Translations under genes and position numbers: made by a program | Notes under the pieces: model-generated | The model's input: the letters and a program-made list of their open reading frames with translations, nothing else | Databases searched by the model: none | What the model was told of the DNA's origin: nothing | Origin: Marsupella aquatica | Taxonomy: Eukaryota; Plantae; Marchantiophyta | Assembly (NCBI GenBank): GCA_973895155.1 | Contig: OZ316895.1 | Coordinates: 17,749,437-17,813,436, forward strand | DNA: 64,000 nt | Direction of reading: 5' to 3' | Shown: positions 14,009 through 26,670 of the stretch, one piece after another | Layout of the letters: each line of letters opens with the position of its first letter | Numbering within the stretch: the stretch's first letter is position 1

Positions 14009-14015
14009 TTTTTTT
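14009..14015 (+). terminator. RNA Pol III oligo-T terminator of tRNA-His
   Basis: T7 run 2 nt after the tRNA 3' end. Confidence 0.85.
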
Positions 14016-15196
14016 CCTGTTCTCGAGAGAGAGGTTTGCTGCGAGACCGTACTTCACCGCAGGTCCTCTTTCAACCGTCACTACCGTAGCCATATGAAAG
14101 GGGGAAGTGTTCAAGACACAACCCTTTTTCCATTTACTCATAATGAGTCTTTTACATTAAAATGGACCCACATGCCCCTAATGATCTTCTCTTATCATAA
14201 CAATGGACCCTAGCACAGACCTATGTGACTTTCAAGTGAAGTGGGTCCCCAACTTGTCTTTCCAGCTATGATTCAAGCACCATTGCTGCAGATGGCATTA
14301 GAAGACTAATGGTCATATAATGATTCCAAACGTTTCTTTAGCCTCGTATACTATCTTATGGACACTATCTCAAGGATGTTAAATTAGCTTTGGTTAAGAC
14401 TCAAACTGCCTCCAAGGTCTTGTGTAGCCACCCTATGTCTGAGATGCAATTGCCAAAGCTCAAATGCTGGGAATAGACCAGATTTCACTTTACATAAGTT
14501 GGGGGCACAATCTGGCATAACTATTACTAAGTCTAGTCACCTGCAAGGGGGCATTTTTTTGTTGATCTGATGATGCTTTCTCATCAAAATCTTAGTCTAA
14601 ACAATGGTCCATTTTTTTATTTTTTTTATTTTTTTTTATTTTTGGGCATTTCTAGTCAGGATCTTGCAGTTATATTCTCCAGATTCTGGCTCAGGCATTT
14701 CATTTAGTGTACTCAATGGAGCTCACGTTTGCCAGGGGTGAACAAGTTCCAGACTCTTGTACAGCCCCCTAAAGCGACTTGTAGTGGTTCTTTTGTAATT
14801 TCCCAAAAAGAAACCCAAACAATTAACTGCGGTACACTCTGCGCTTAAACCCTTGCGAGACGGTCGAGAGTTCCATCACGTGCACCTTGTTATCCAGATG
14901 TCTGCCTCGCTTGTATGCCTTCGAGAGGTTTCCACAGGTCTCAACTTATGAACGACCTTCGTTCACCTCTCCTCGAAACGTCGCATTGGTGCCGCAGATT
15001 AAGCCCATTGTAGGCCCGTGAGGATGCTCTATCTGTACTTGTAGACTTTTAGTTCTCCATCTCAGTTCCTGAATGCCTGTGCCATGTCGGCGATTGAAGA
15101 CTGACCTTCGGTTGTCGCAGATCACTGAATCGTTTCGAGTTTGTGATGTAATCCGAAACCGGCATAATTTCTAGGGCCTCACACACTGTGGAAGTC

Positions 15197-17830
15197 ATGG
15201 CGAACAATCCTGCGGCAGCTGGAGCAGCTCCAGCTTTGACGCCTCCACCCCCTCTGCCTCCTCCTCAGCCCGGAAATTTTCGGCGGCCACCCGCGTCCGT
15301 CCCATTTTTGGATAGGAGGGGTAGGAATGGCAAGCCATCAGTGGTTTTGGAGCAAGGGCAGAATTCGATCAAGCAGAAGCTCCAGCAGCACCAATTGCAG
15401 CAGGGATGGGGCGTCGTGGAAAAGGCTGACCACGAGGAGATGGACTCAGGGACTTCCCCTAGACAGGATGGTCAGGCGAGGATTGATGCCCTCGCTGACA
15501 ACAGGACCAGCACCAGTAGTCACCGGGATGATGCCAAAGCTGCTACGTACTACCCACGGGGAGGGTCATTGCAGAGAGTGGGAAGGAATCGAATAGGGAA
15601 ACATCATTATATGGAGAATAGTCCATGGCGGACAGGACTCTCGAGTGGTGGGGCAGTTGTGTACGAGGGACTGGTGGAGCTTGAATCTGGTGAGAATGTT
15701 CAAACCCTGCTAGATTCAGCTTTAGAGGACCTTACTCTGCATGACCTCTTGTGTATGATAAAAACGTTTGGGAAAGATGGGAAATGGGAAAAAGCACTGG
15801 AGGTGTTCACTTGGATGCGGAATCATGAAGAATTTAAGCCTGATGAGCCGACCATAGCCAGCATGCTGAGAATATTGGGGCAGGAAATGCAGCTGGGTGC
15901 AGCCGTAGAGATTTTTGAGAGTTTACGGGGCGAGGGCTATAGGTTGAATGTCTACTCATTCACATCACTTATAAGTGCATACGCACGCAGTGGCAGAACT
16001 GAGGACGCTTTGGCATTGTTTGATAGCATGAAGGAGGAGGGGTGTCCCCCAAACTTGGTCACCTACAACGTGGTGATTGATATTTATGGTAAGAAAGGGC
16101 GCTCTTGGGACAAAATTGAGGCTTTGATTGACGAATTGAAGGCTAGAGGATTTCGGCCCGACAGGTACACATACAATACAATGATAAGTGCGTGCGCTAG
16201 GGATTCTCTGTGCAAGCAGGCCAGAGGAATATTTGAGGAGATGAAATCTATGCGCTGCACACCTGATAGAGTCACGTACAATGCCTTGCTGGATGTTTAT
16301 GGGAAGGCAGGCTGGCACAAGGAAGCATCAAAGGTTCTGAAGGAAATGGAAAGAACTGGGTGCGTACCCAACATAGTCACCTACAATGAACTCCTATGTG
16401 CCTATGGAAAAGCTGGAAATTATTCCGAGGCCCTGTCTTTGAAGAAATCTATGATAGAGAAAGGAATTCAACCGGATGTCATCACTTACACTAGTCTTCT
16501 TTGTGCTTATAGCTCTGCTGGACAAGAGCGTTTGGCAATGGAGACATACAAAGAGATGTCTGCCGCTGGCTGCAAACCAAACCTCTTCACGTTCAATTCT
16601 CTTATAGACATGTTTGGGAAGAAGAGGATGTATATTGAGATGCTTCAAGCTTTTCAAGATCTTCGACAGAGTGGAGTGGCTCCAGACGTAGTCACTTGGA
16701 ACAGTATGTTAGCAGCGTATGGGAGGCATGGTATGTATGAAGAGGTTGCCATGGTGTTCAAAAATATGAAGAAAGCAGGCTGCAAGCCAGAGAAGGACAC
16801 CTTCAACATCCTCATTGACGCGTATGGAAGGTGTGGTTCAGCAGACCAAGCGGTAGGAATATATCACGGAATGCAGAGGGCAGGTTGTGAGGCTGACATA
16901 GCGACTTTCAATGCTCTACTTGCGGCTTTTGCAAGGGAAGGCCACTGGCAAGCAGCTGAAAACCTTCTACGGGATATGCAAATTTCAAATTTTAAGCCTA
17001 ATGAAGTTTCTCACGCTTCTATGCTGCACGCGTATGGAAATGGAGGACAATTGGAGAGACTGAAGCAGAAAGTGAGCGACCTTCATATCCACTATGGGGC
17101 CCTGAACCATGTACTCCTAAAAGCTCTTATTCTTGTCTACAGTAAGTGCAATATGCTTGATGAAGCAGAGTCGGCATGGTTGGAGTTAGTAAAGGATGGC
17201 ATTGTTCAGGATTTGGGTGCTTTCAATGCTATGATTACTGTTTATGGGAAGATGGGCCGGGTGGACAAAGCCATGGAATTGCTAAATATCCTTACGGCCA
17301 ATGGTCTCTGTCCTGACTTGGTGACCTACAATGTTGTCATGAGTATGTATAGCCGAGAGGGGCTGTATAGGAAAGCTGAAGAAGTTATGAGAGAGATCCA
17401 GACAAGAGGCTTGCAGCCCAATATCGTCACCTACAACACCCTGATTTTTGCGTATGCCAAGTATGGGCGCATGGAGGCTGCGGCAAGAATATTTCTCGAG
17501 ATGGAGGAATTTGGGCTAAGGCCTAATAATTTTACCTATAATACATTTGTTAGCAGCTATGCCAATCTTGGCAAATACACAGAGGCCATGAATGTCTTAA
17601 AATACATGAAACGCCAAGGTGTAAAGCCAGAGGAGCTCACGTACAGGGGCCTTCTGGATGCTTACTGCAAAGTCGGCAAACTTAAGCAGGCTAGCCATAT
17701 TCTGCAGTGGATCAAAGATATTGACCCCAATATGGACAAAGCTGCTATACGTAGAATGTCCTCAAGGATAGCAGCGTGGGGTTCAAACAGAGTATCCCAT
17801 CTTGATCTTCCAACTTCTGTAAATACCTAG
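15197..17830 (+). CDS. P-class pentatricopeptide repeat protein, intronless, 877 aa from ATG 15197
   Basis: About 18 tandem 35-aa motifs (e.g. VYSFTSLISAYARSGRTEDALALFDSMKEEGCPPN, VTYNALLDVYGKAG...) follow a Pro/Gln-rich N-terminus. No E/DYW domain is present. Confidence 0.95.
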   Translation: MANNPAAAGAAPALTPPPPLPPPQPGNFRRPPASVPFLDRRGRNGKPSVVLEQGQNSIKQKLQQHQLQQGWGVVEKADHEEMDSGTSPRQDGQARIDALADNRTSTSSHRDDAKAATYYPRGGSLQRVGRNRIGKHHYMENSPWRTGLSSGGAVVYEGLVELESGENVQTLLDSALEDLTLHDLLCMIKTFGKDGKWEKALEVFTWMRNHEEFKPDEPTIASMLRILGQEMQLGAAVEIFESLRGEGYRLNVYSFTSLISAYARSGRTEDALALFDSMKEEGCPPNLVTYNVVIDIYGKKGRSWDKIEALIDELKARGFRPDRYTYNTMISACARDSLCKQARGIFEEMKSMRCTPDRVTYNALLDVYGKAGWHKEASKVLKEMERTGCVPNIVTYNELLCAYGKAGNYSEALSLKKSMIEKGIQPDVITYTSLLCAYSSAGQERLAMETYKEMSAAGCKPNLFTFNSLIDMFGKKRMYIEMLQAFQDLRQSGVAPDVVTWNSMLAAYGRHGMYEEVAMVFKNMKKAGCKPEKDTFNILIDAYGRCGSADQAVGIYHGMQRAGCEADIATFNALLAAFAREGHWQAAENLLRDMQISNFKPNEVSHASMLHAYGNGGQLERLKQKVSDLHIHYGALNHVLLKALILVYSKCNMLDEAESAWLELVKDGIVQDLGAFNAMITVYGKMGRVDKAMELLNILTANGLCPDLVTYNVVMSMYSREGLYRKAEEVMREIQTRGLQPNIVTYNTLIFAYAKYGRMEAAARIFLEMEEFGLRPNNFTYNTFVSSYANLGKYTEAMNVLKYMKRQGVKPEELTYRGLLDAYCKVGKLKQASHILQWIKDIDPNMDKAAIRRMSSRIAAWGSNRVSHLDLPTSVNT

Positions 17831-19203
17831 ACTGAATGAGATGTTTGGTTGAATCATAACTTTTCGTGCAATCTCCTCGGCAAAGACAATTCCGATGAAT
17901 CTTATGCTGTCTCTGCGAGGTTTCCACTGATAGTTAGGATGCATTCAACTGAGATTCAAGGACCCTTGTGGGCGCTGATCATCAATTTTGGATCGAGATA
18001 TGCAGCCATCGCATATCCTGGGTCAAATATAGAATTGTGGCAGTAGAATGAGATAGACAAGAAAAAAATCGCGTTGTTCTTTTCGCCTTTTGGGTTCCTA
18101 GCTACTATAACCGGAGCTAGGAGGTGAGAGGTTCACCTGCACGCGTTTGAACATGACTGCGATTCTATGCAACAGCTTAACTTGTAAGGATATGACAGCA
18201 AAGCTGCAAGGCATCTTTGTCTTTAACATGGCTAGTGTTTTTAGGAGCTCGATGTGGGACTTTGCGAGTAGAAAACTGCATGATGAGTTTGCTGAGCGTA
18301 CGGGTAAAGGCTTTGGGGAATCTCCTGCCATTCAACTCTAATAAGATTCTTGCTGTCCTGTGCTTCCTTTGATGGATCTTCATGCTTCAAACATTGGTTG
18401 GACGTCAGCTTGAATAAGATGCTCGTCTTTTGTTGAGGATCAGGACGTGTTGGGAATTAGGTGACGAGGCCCGGCTAGAGAAATGTGAAAAGCTGGAGCA
18501 CACGTAAAAGTAATCAAGATCACAAACATTTCAACCCATTGGCTTCAACGAGAGTGCTTGCCGACGTTGCATGTTCAAGTGAAGCAATTTGTAAGCCAAA
18601 TCCTCTAGTGTGCACCAGTCTCACCTTAGGTTTCCTATGGTTTTGTCTAAAAACTTATATAGCTGTTCCTTTCCAATATGACGTATGTGCAGCTAAGATA
18701 GCCAGTCCTAGCAATCTGATTTAGTCTTTCAAACCAATGGAATAGCAAGGCTAGGTTCAGACCATACCCACTGACACCGGTTCAGGATGTCCCTCCGGTG
18801 GCTACAAGCTAGAAACCTAGTACTACGCCATGCACGATTAGTCTTCTTCGAAATTCATGAAGGATCTTGAGTGAGTATATAATAATTACGTTCGCGACAC
18901 CTCTGCAACTGCTCACTCCTATAGTAACATTGATTTCGACCATGGACTTAGCCGTTATATCGTGAAGTCCCCCGTCTATAGATGTGCTTGGTTCAATGGA
19001 TGGGAAGGTAAGGCACCTTTGCTGTGACGTAACGTGCAGGTTCAATGATATCATGAGAGCACGAGTTTGGCCTTGAGCAGGTATGGAGAGTACCTTACCC
19101 CCAGGCACGCAAGACCAGTGAAGCTTCATGAGAATTCAATTTTGAGCACAGTTCTGTCGAAAACGTCCGAGAGTCGCAGAGGGACACTCTTGATCTATCT
19201 CAT

Positions 19204-22200
19204 TCAGTAGCCTCCAACACAGAGAGCATATATTCCTTCTCCATATACACAGAACATATTCCTTTCATATACATGGGCACTTTTAGAAGGCTGTTTGTGC
19301 AGAAAATAGGAAAGGGTTGCAAAAATCATATCCCGATATACTACAGTAGAGTTGCCAGCATTCTTTACAAGAGTCGCCTGTGAATAATCTTTTATATGAC
19401 AATATGGCTGACCCACCTAGGTTAAATTCTGGTTTTTTTACACTGACCTATCAATATTGGGTGGAAGAGAATCTAATTACCCTAAAGCCCTGCATGGGCC
19501 CTGCCTAATACCTCAATACAAAAAGCTCTACTGCCCACCACTCCGTCGCCAATGAGCCTCTGTCAGAGGCTAGGCCTTCAGGAAATACCCGACAAAGCTT
19601 GTAGATCAAGACAATGCTTGAGGTCAATAAATGGGTGTTGTCAGGAAGCTGCCGTACGATTGTGTTCGATATGAAAGCTACAAGAGTGCGCCTCACCGAT
19701 CAGAGACAATTGCACAATATGCCATTACTTGCTAGATTGAGCCCTGAGAGAAAACTTTGCCTTTTCGAGCCACCTCTCTCATACGCTTTGGAGAAGGGGG
19801 AGGTGAAAGCTCCTTTGGTGATGACTCCTCGGAAGTTTCTCCTTCTCGGCGCACCTTGACTGGTGGAGGAGCGTTATCCAAGGCCCATTTCTGGATCCAG
19901 ACAAGAATTGAACTGTGAGACGATGGCTGGAAAACCGTAATTCCTCGCCGCACAACTGACTGTACCCGGGACTGTACCACGAAGTTTAGAGAGGGAACAA
20001 CGTGCCGGAAGATCACCGGACGTACCCACATACTTGCAAGATTGAAAATTACACAGTGAACCACTATCCAGCAAATCCTCTTGCACTCTCGTGGCTACCA
20101 GTAGAAACATCACATTCATTCCCGTCGTAAAGCTAATAGCCATTTACCTCCATGGTCTGCTGCGATGAGTCATCTTCTAATGCGGTTACGACACTGTTTG
20201 GCTGCACTATAAGTCCTTCGACCGCAAGTTCACCGACCCCTTCAATCTGCAAGAACGAGTTTCCTTAAGAACAGTTGTCCAAAATGGGAAATGAGGAAGC
20301 ATACTCGCTGTCAGTTAAGTAGATGCACCAGTCTCATTGAGCTAAATGCCCGGGGAATTGCACGGCCCTGCTAAACAGAACCAATGAAAGCTCTCAACGG
20401 CTCCGGACGAAGACTATGCCTGCCCAATGCAGGCTAACTGGAATGACTTCTTCAAGACGAGAACAATACCGTCGGTCAAGATAGAGAGAAATATAGATCT
20501 TTCAGGTACTCCCCCGTGAAAGTCTAGCGGAACAATGGACATCCTGATAACAATGTGCGAATTAGTTCAGTGGTGATGAATGTTCCGCAATTGCAGTCAC
20601 GGAAACCGATCAGACCTGCTCAGACGTAGCGCTGCGCCTTAGGAACCAACTGCAGCCTGATCTAGAGCAAAGACATGGCACTTTGGAGATGTTTTTGACG
20701 CTCACATAGAAAAGTTGGGACACCGGGACAGCTATTAACCCAGCTCTGAACTTAAACATTTGCAGTACGACCAGGCCAGACCGAACACACAATGTCAGAC
20801 ACTCCATAGAATCTCCTGATAGTTGGAAAGTTTGAACAAACTGGCAAAAATGAAAGTGGAACTGTGTACAGATCGTTCGGAGGTGCAATTTTAACTGAGT
20901 CGATGGGTCACTTCATCTGGGGACCAATGGGGCCTACATATAGTCGCAATTGCAGTGGTCAATGAAACGAAGTATTTCTGTATATGTACATGACTGGAAC
21001 AAGGGTTGACCACGGCATTCTTCCCCATTGAGCCTCCTCGCAGTAGTTTGCAGTCGGATTCTCTCGTCCGATACTTTGTGCGAACGTTAGGGCCCTCCGT
21101 CCCTTGCCGACTAAGTGTCAAACGAAAGGCGAGAGGGTTCGAAACAGTTGGAGACGGCCCGAAGGCTTCGAATGCTATTCCGTCCGCATTACCGAACGAG
21201 AGCAATTGATAGCAGCATTAAGCATTCTTAAGCTATTTAAGAATCGACTGAAATGATTCCTGTATTATAGGGACAGATTTCAAGACAAAAAGGCGTGGAA
21301 AGCTGTGGTAGGAGCTCATTTTCTACAGTGATTCCGCTTAGAACTATCTCTATCATCGCTGGGGACTAAATATCATATCAGTCACAAGGACACTAAATAT
21401 ATGCGGGAAATTTCAAAAATTCATGCTACCAGCAAGAAAGTAGATAACAACCGTCAGGAGTCAGTCAAGTAAATAATGTAATAGCGAAAAGGACCAGAAT
21501 ACACTTACTGGGAAGGAATCCGCACGGAGATGGCTTCTGGGACTGGTGGTATGGACAAGAAAGCATTCCCTCAAGTTATGTTGCTCCTCTCCACCGCCAA
21601 GATTGTCTTGGGATTCCGCTCCAATGCGATTCGTTTCTCGAGTATCCATCACTTGCTCCGTCGCTTCTTCGGGAAACAGACGCTGCTCTTCTTGCCTTAC
21701 CTTTCCTCTCAGCTCCTCTTTCATTGTTCAAGTTAAAACCGTGGGTGTTGAAAATCGCGCGGCCGTCCTGAAACCTGGTCCCGTCTCCTCTACTTCAATC
21801 TTCGTTCCCAATATCGAGCTACCTCACATTCCACTCACTTCGCATACTTCTCCTTTCAATTCGCATCTCTGTTTAGTAACCCTCCTCATCTTCGGTTTAA
21901 TTCGACAGAAACATGCGGGTCCAAAGCTCCCTGTGAAGAGAGCATCACATCAAGGATTCATTGTACTGCGCATGTGCCACCCACTGTTTGAAGCTTTCCA
22001 ACAGCCTTCCGAGCAATTGAGACAAATCCTAGCCTAATTCAAAGAAACGGCGAAAGTAGAAGACGTAGGACAGACCCTGAGACCACAATGAGCAGGATAA
22101 CTGCCCGTCTACGAAGACGGTTGCAGATCAAGTCTCACAATATGGCAAGGATGGTGGCACACAAGTGTAGTCCTCCGATGCCAACACTAGATCGACGAGA

Positions 22201-23400
22201 AAGCCTTCACGATTCTTTATTAGTTGAGAGCTTCTGCAGATGGTGTTCGGCTTGGGCCCGAACACCTTGAACCGCGAGAGAATAGAGGGGTTCCTAATAA
22301 GGATGCAAAGATACCCACCAGGCCAGGTAAAAGGATCCCAACTGCTAAAGGTGATCTGTGTCTCCTTCCGATGACGAATGAACCGACCAGCAAGAAGTGT
22401 CACGGGAACGACAAAGCAGGCTGGGAGGGGGAATCAGTCCCCGAAAGGAGGATGTACCACCCTCGCGTGAAATCAGTCGAAGCTCAGTGTATGCAATGAC
22501 CCGCGCTCAGAAGGCCGTCGTGTAGAAGACGGACAGATGGAACGCACAAGGGATATCGAACTCTTGCCGCGACCACAAATGCCGTCCTCCTGGCCAAATT
22601 CGGAAGAAAGGCAAACCCCAGCGACAAGAAGCTTCAGTCAATCCGGTCAATTTGTCGGCGCTCAAAGTCAGGAGCGAGAATTCAAACCAAGGACGCAACT
22701 GCGGAATTTCACACTGCTACACAACCGATCAACTGAGCCACAGCAATACAGCATGCAAATCTCCACTCCACTTATACAGGACGTTCCCAATTCGTGGGGA
22801 TAGACTAGAATAAAGCACGCAAAGATCACACCCCAGCGGACCCAAAAAAGAGAGACGACAGCAATTGGTCTTCCCAGAGTGATGGACAAAAGAAGCTACC
22901 CCAGACGGCTGACGAGGAAAGGAGTGCCTATGTTCTCTCTCCTCTGAGCGACACGAACACACGAAGATATCCGCCGTACCACCTTTACCCACGCTATATT
23001 TGGCTTACTGGAGCCCGCTTTAGAAAACCGACAACAATGCCTCCATTCGTCAATTTTCATTCACATCATCAGAAGTTTCGCTTTCATGTTTCCCTTTCAT
23101 TCGCCGCCGCTGGGCCCAGACTGCTGAGCACAACCGACGGAGCCATTGCTGCGATCGGCATTAAAAAAAAGGGCAAGTCGACCCAAGCTCCCTCCTGCTC
23201 CCCCTCCAAACCGACATAACAATACCCCATGAACATGTTCAATAGAGGACCGAAGCTGACAACTACGGTAGCCGCACGAAGTCGCGAATAAACAAAGAAG
23301 CTCCTCGAAAAGGTGGAAGGAAAGCTGCTCCTCCATTGCACTACTTCTGCCCTCGTCCGGATCTTCCTCTTCTTCTTTCTGGCGCAGGAATTTCATTCAT
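19204..23400 (-). other. Unresolved minus-strand, probably spliced transcription unit of unknown product
   Basis: A TATA-like AT run lies at ~23558-23570 and the minus strand is U/G-rich. Several exon-like blocks have strong splice sites, e.g. ATG 21724 to CCA|GTAAGT at 21509, and TTGCAG|IEGVGELAVEG...ME|GTAAAT at ~20246-20148. I could not assemble a phase-consistent CDS or recognise a domain. Confidence 0.3.
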
Positions 23401-24765
23401 CATCGTCGCAGATTTCTTTGATTTCTAGATGAAAAACACTCAGTCTTCCGGTCATCTAGCGAACTTTCGCTCTTCGTGTAGGACGGAACCCTATTTATTT
23501 ATGGTACCAAGTGATAATTATTTACGGTGCCGTAGTCGTAATGAGGTGAGCAACAAAATATATATATAATTATTAATTTAAAAGTATGTGGCGCCCAGCC
23601 CAAGTCTAGAGCTAGACTAATGGATGGTAATTAAAGCCTGAACAGCTTTATATGAGGCAAAATGTCACGGAAAACGTGTTTTTAGTTTAAATAGATCATG
23701 TCACATGTTTTGGCCAGGTATCTGAGAAACACCTGACAAAGTAGATTGAGAAAATATAGAAGAAAAAAATTAATGGCCACCCACTAAAGTCTGGAAGCAA
23801 ACAATAATTTTCTACCATTCTTAATTGCAAACAAATTTATCACTAAGGTAATGTATTCTAATTTATAAAATAATAATTGCCTCCCAGCCCAAAGCTGGGA
23901 ACATGCTTGCGATTTAGGGAAATGGGTAGTAAATTTAAAAACTACCTCAAATCTTTATAATAGGCCAAATGGTTAGCTGTCAAAGAGGCCAGCAACGCAT
24001 CTTGTGGCCGAAGGAATCTTTATACCTGGCGAAGTAATACCTGACAGGCTGACAAACTAGACAGAGAAAACTTTTTGGCGGGAGAATTAAAATTAAACTC
24101 CATACCTACAGCCTCAAAAACTTTACATGAGGCAAATGCTCCAGACCGGAAAAGCTATCCTGAGAACACTTGTTGACTGGGGATTAATGAAAATGGTCAC
24201 ATGCAAAAAGTTTCGAAGCAAGTAAAAAGGCAACTTACGGCATTCAGAATCAAGAGCCAACTTACCAGTACGGTAATGTACTGGACTGTAGAAGCAAGCT
24301 TACAATCTGACTTTGAAATTTACAGGACGAGACGGATGTTTTACTCTCCATATTAGTGACACTTGTTGCCTTGCAACTCTTTTAAGACGGAAGAACTACT
24401 TTGTTACTGTTTTTCTTTTTTATATTGATTAGAAGACCATAGTTTTTAGCACAGGACTAACGTTAGTTCTTTTAAGTAGTTGGCTTGAACTGCCTCCCCC
24501 TACCCCTAACAAATGGTCCAGATTGCATCATTTTTAACTCCTATGAGCTTATTTCCTTTCTATCATGGAGCCACCTTCCAAGACAGCACTAATTTCACGT
24601 GTTCACAAACATGAGTCATCCTCTCTTAATCATGATTATTGAAAAGTGATTGTTTAAATGTAAATATACAAAAGGTACAGTACCTTTAGACTGAAAGAGA
24701 GGTACAATAATAGCCATTGGTACAGTACTTTCTAGTTGAATGAGATGTGCATTATAGTATTTTGA

Positions 24766-25808
24766 GACCCCGAATTAAATCTACGTCAAGTTAATGTTCC
24801 CTCACTTTCCCGGGGCGCCGTACACTGTCCATCCCAGTTAATGCTCCCCTGCTTTCCCGGGGTGCCGTACACTGTCCGTCCCAGTCCCTGATGTTGCTGC
24901 CCGCTTCGGCCCAAGTTTGGCAGAACATAAACCGATACTCTACCATTTTGTCACGCGCTCCAACCCGATAACTTCGGGTCATCGACTTTGGGTTTATGTT
25001 TTGGCACCTTTGCTCACTCCGGCCCGACGACTTAAGTTTGTGTTATCGATTTTTTCCTTGTCACGGAGTCTTGGTTTATGTTCTGGCAACACTTCTTTCC
25101 AACAGAGTCTAAGTGTTCAAGGCAAACCTAGTACTTTGGTTAAGAGTCATAATTTATAGAGTCTTGGTTTATGTGGGCCAAATACTTATTCTCTATGGAG
25201 TTGTGATTAATGTTTTGGGAACACTTCTTTCCAAGGGAGTCATGCTTGTTTGGTAATAGAGTATTAAGTGTTTAGGCACAACCTAGTATTTTGTTTAAGA
25301 ATCATGATTCTAGAGTCTTGGTAGATGTTTTGTCAAATGCTTCTTCTCGATGGAGTCAAGGTTTATGTTCTGGCAACACTTCTTTCCAAACACTTCTTTC
25401 CCATGGAGTCATACCTATTTTGTAATAGAGTCTAAGTGTTCAATGGGAGCCTAATACTTTGGTTGAGAGTCATGATTGATAGAGTCTTGGTTTATGTTGT
25501 GTCAAATACTTATTCTCTATGGAGTGGTGGTTTATGTTTTGGCAACACCTCTTTCCAAAAAATTGATGGCACAAAGTCAATCGGGCCGGAGCAGCCGACA
25601 AAAAGTTTTGGGTGCCAAAACATAAACCTGAAGTCGATGGCGCAAAGTTGACCGGGCCAGAGCGCATGAGTTAAATTGTAGAGTATTGGTTTATGTTCTG
25701 CCAAACTTGGGCCGGAGCAGGCAGCGGCATCGGGGACTGGGACAGGCAGTGTACAGTGCCCCGGGAGAGTGGGGGAGCATTAACTTGACGTAGATTTAAC
25801 TCAGGGTC
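24766..25808. mobile_element. Non-autonomous foldback/MULE-like DNA transposon with ~250-290 bp TIRs and an internal tandem array
   Basis: The left end GACCCCGAATTAAATCTACGTCAAGTTAATG... is the reverse complement of the right end ...CATTAACTTGACGTAGATTTAACTCAGGGTC, with similarity over ~24766-25056 vs 25556-25808. The flanking direct repeat is ATTTTGA. Internal ~155-170 bp repeats begin AGAGTCTTGGT. Confidence 0.85.
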
Positions 25809-25899
25809 ATTTTGAGTATTCCTTGTATTACATTTTGATCTAAATTTTGTATGCATGAAAATATTGTAAGCAATAGACACATAAACTTGTGTCCACATA

Positions 25900-26670
25900 A
25901 ACTATAAGATATATATCACACTTTGAAAAACTAAAAGGTGTGCAACCGGGAGACACAATCTCACAGGCAAGAAACCTGCTGAAATGGGGCTAGGGGGCAA
26001 CAATGGAACGACCCCAGGGAGACTAAAGAGCCAAAAAGCTCGAGAGACCTCAACAAAAGTCCCCCACCACAACCACCACCAACAAAAACCTGAAAGCCTA
26101 CGAATCGGCAAACTGAAGAGCATGGTAAAGCTCCCGCATGTACTACCATAGGCGGGTCATGCACAAGAATCTGACTAGAGTCCCTAAAACCAACAGTCTC
26201 CCCCTTGACAAAGGATAATGAATGTCTGAGCCGGCATTGTGCAACAGCGGGTGCAACAGACACCTGTTGTCTAAAAAAGGCCATAACAACAGAAACCGGG
26301 GGCTAAGGCCTCTGCTCAACACTATGTACCGCACAGGTCTGCAAGAAGCGGTCAAATATTGGACGACGAGCTCCAAAGAACAAGCAGCGGATAGAATAGG
26401 TCTCTAGGGTAATGTTGAGCGCAGGCCTCCTCCTTAAGCCGTGCAGCTCCCTCACAATCGCATGGCCTAGATATATAGGCAGCCACCGCAACATTGGTCC
26501 TATTGGTAGGGTCAGCAACAACCACAGCATCAAGGGCCTAAACTCTAGCCCGAGAAAAGACCAGGTTGGGCACCTCTCATCCTCGGCCCGCCCTGGGTGG
26601 CAGCACATATCATGTCGCTACTCCACCATAACATTGTACCCCAAATCATGGGCAATGGCTGCCACCACGT
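25900..26670 (-). mobile_element. Degenerate 3' fragment of a CRE-like non-LTR retrotransposon (restriction-like endonuclease C-terminus plus 3' UTR)
   Basis: Frameshifted minus-strand translation: AIAHDLGYNVMVE...VPNLVFS...ALDAVVVADPT...AARLKEEA.AQHYPRDLFYPL...FG...FDRFLQTCA...SVVMAFFRQQVSVA. This fits the recalled RLE/PD-(D/E)xK tail pattern. Recognised by eye only. Confidence 0.55.

Noticed and set aside
15327-16657. Alternative-frame and antisense ORFs within the PPR gene
   Set aside because: Shadow ORFs of the long PPR reading frame.
23630-24180. Faint degenerate repeats (CTTTA(T/C)ATGAGGCAAA..., CTGACAAA.TAGA..GAGAAAA)
   Set aside because: Too diverged to delimit, with no TIR or TSD found.
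25060-25560. Regularly spaced repeats resembling a CRISPR array
   Set aside because: The spacers are themselves repeated, the units are degenerate, the array lies inside TIRs, and the context is eukaryotic with no cas genes.
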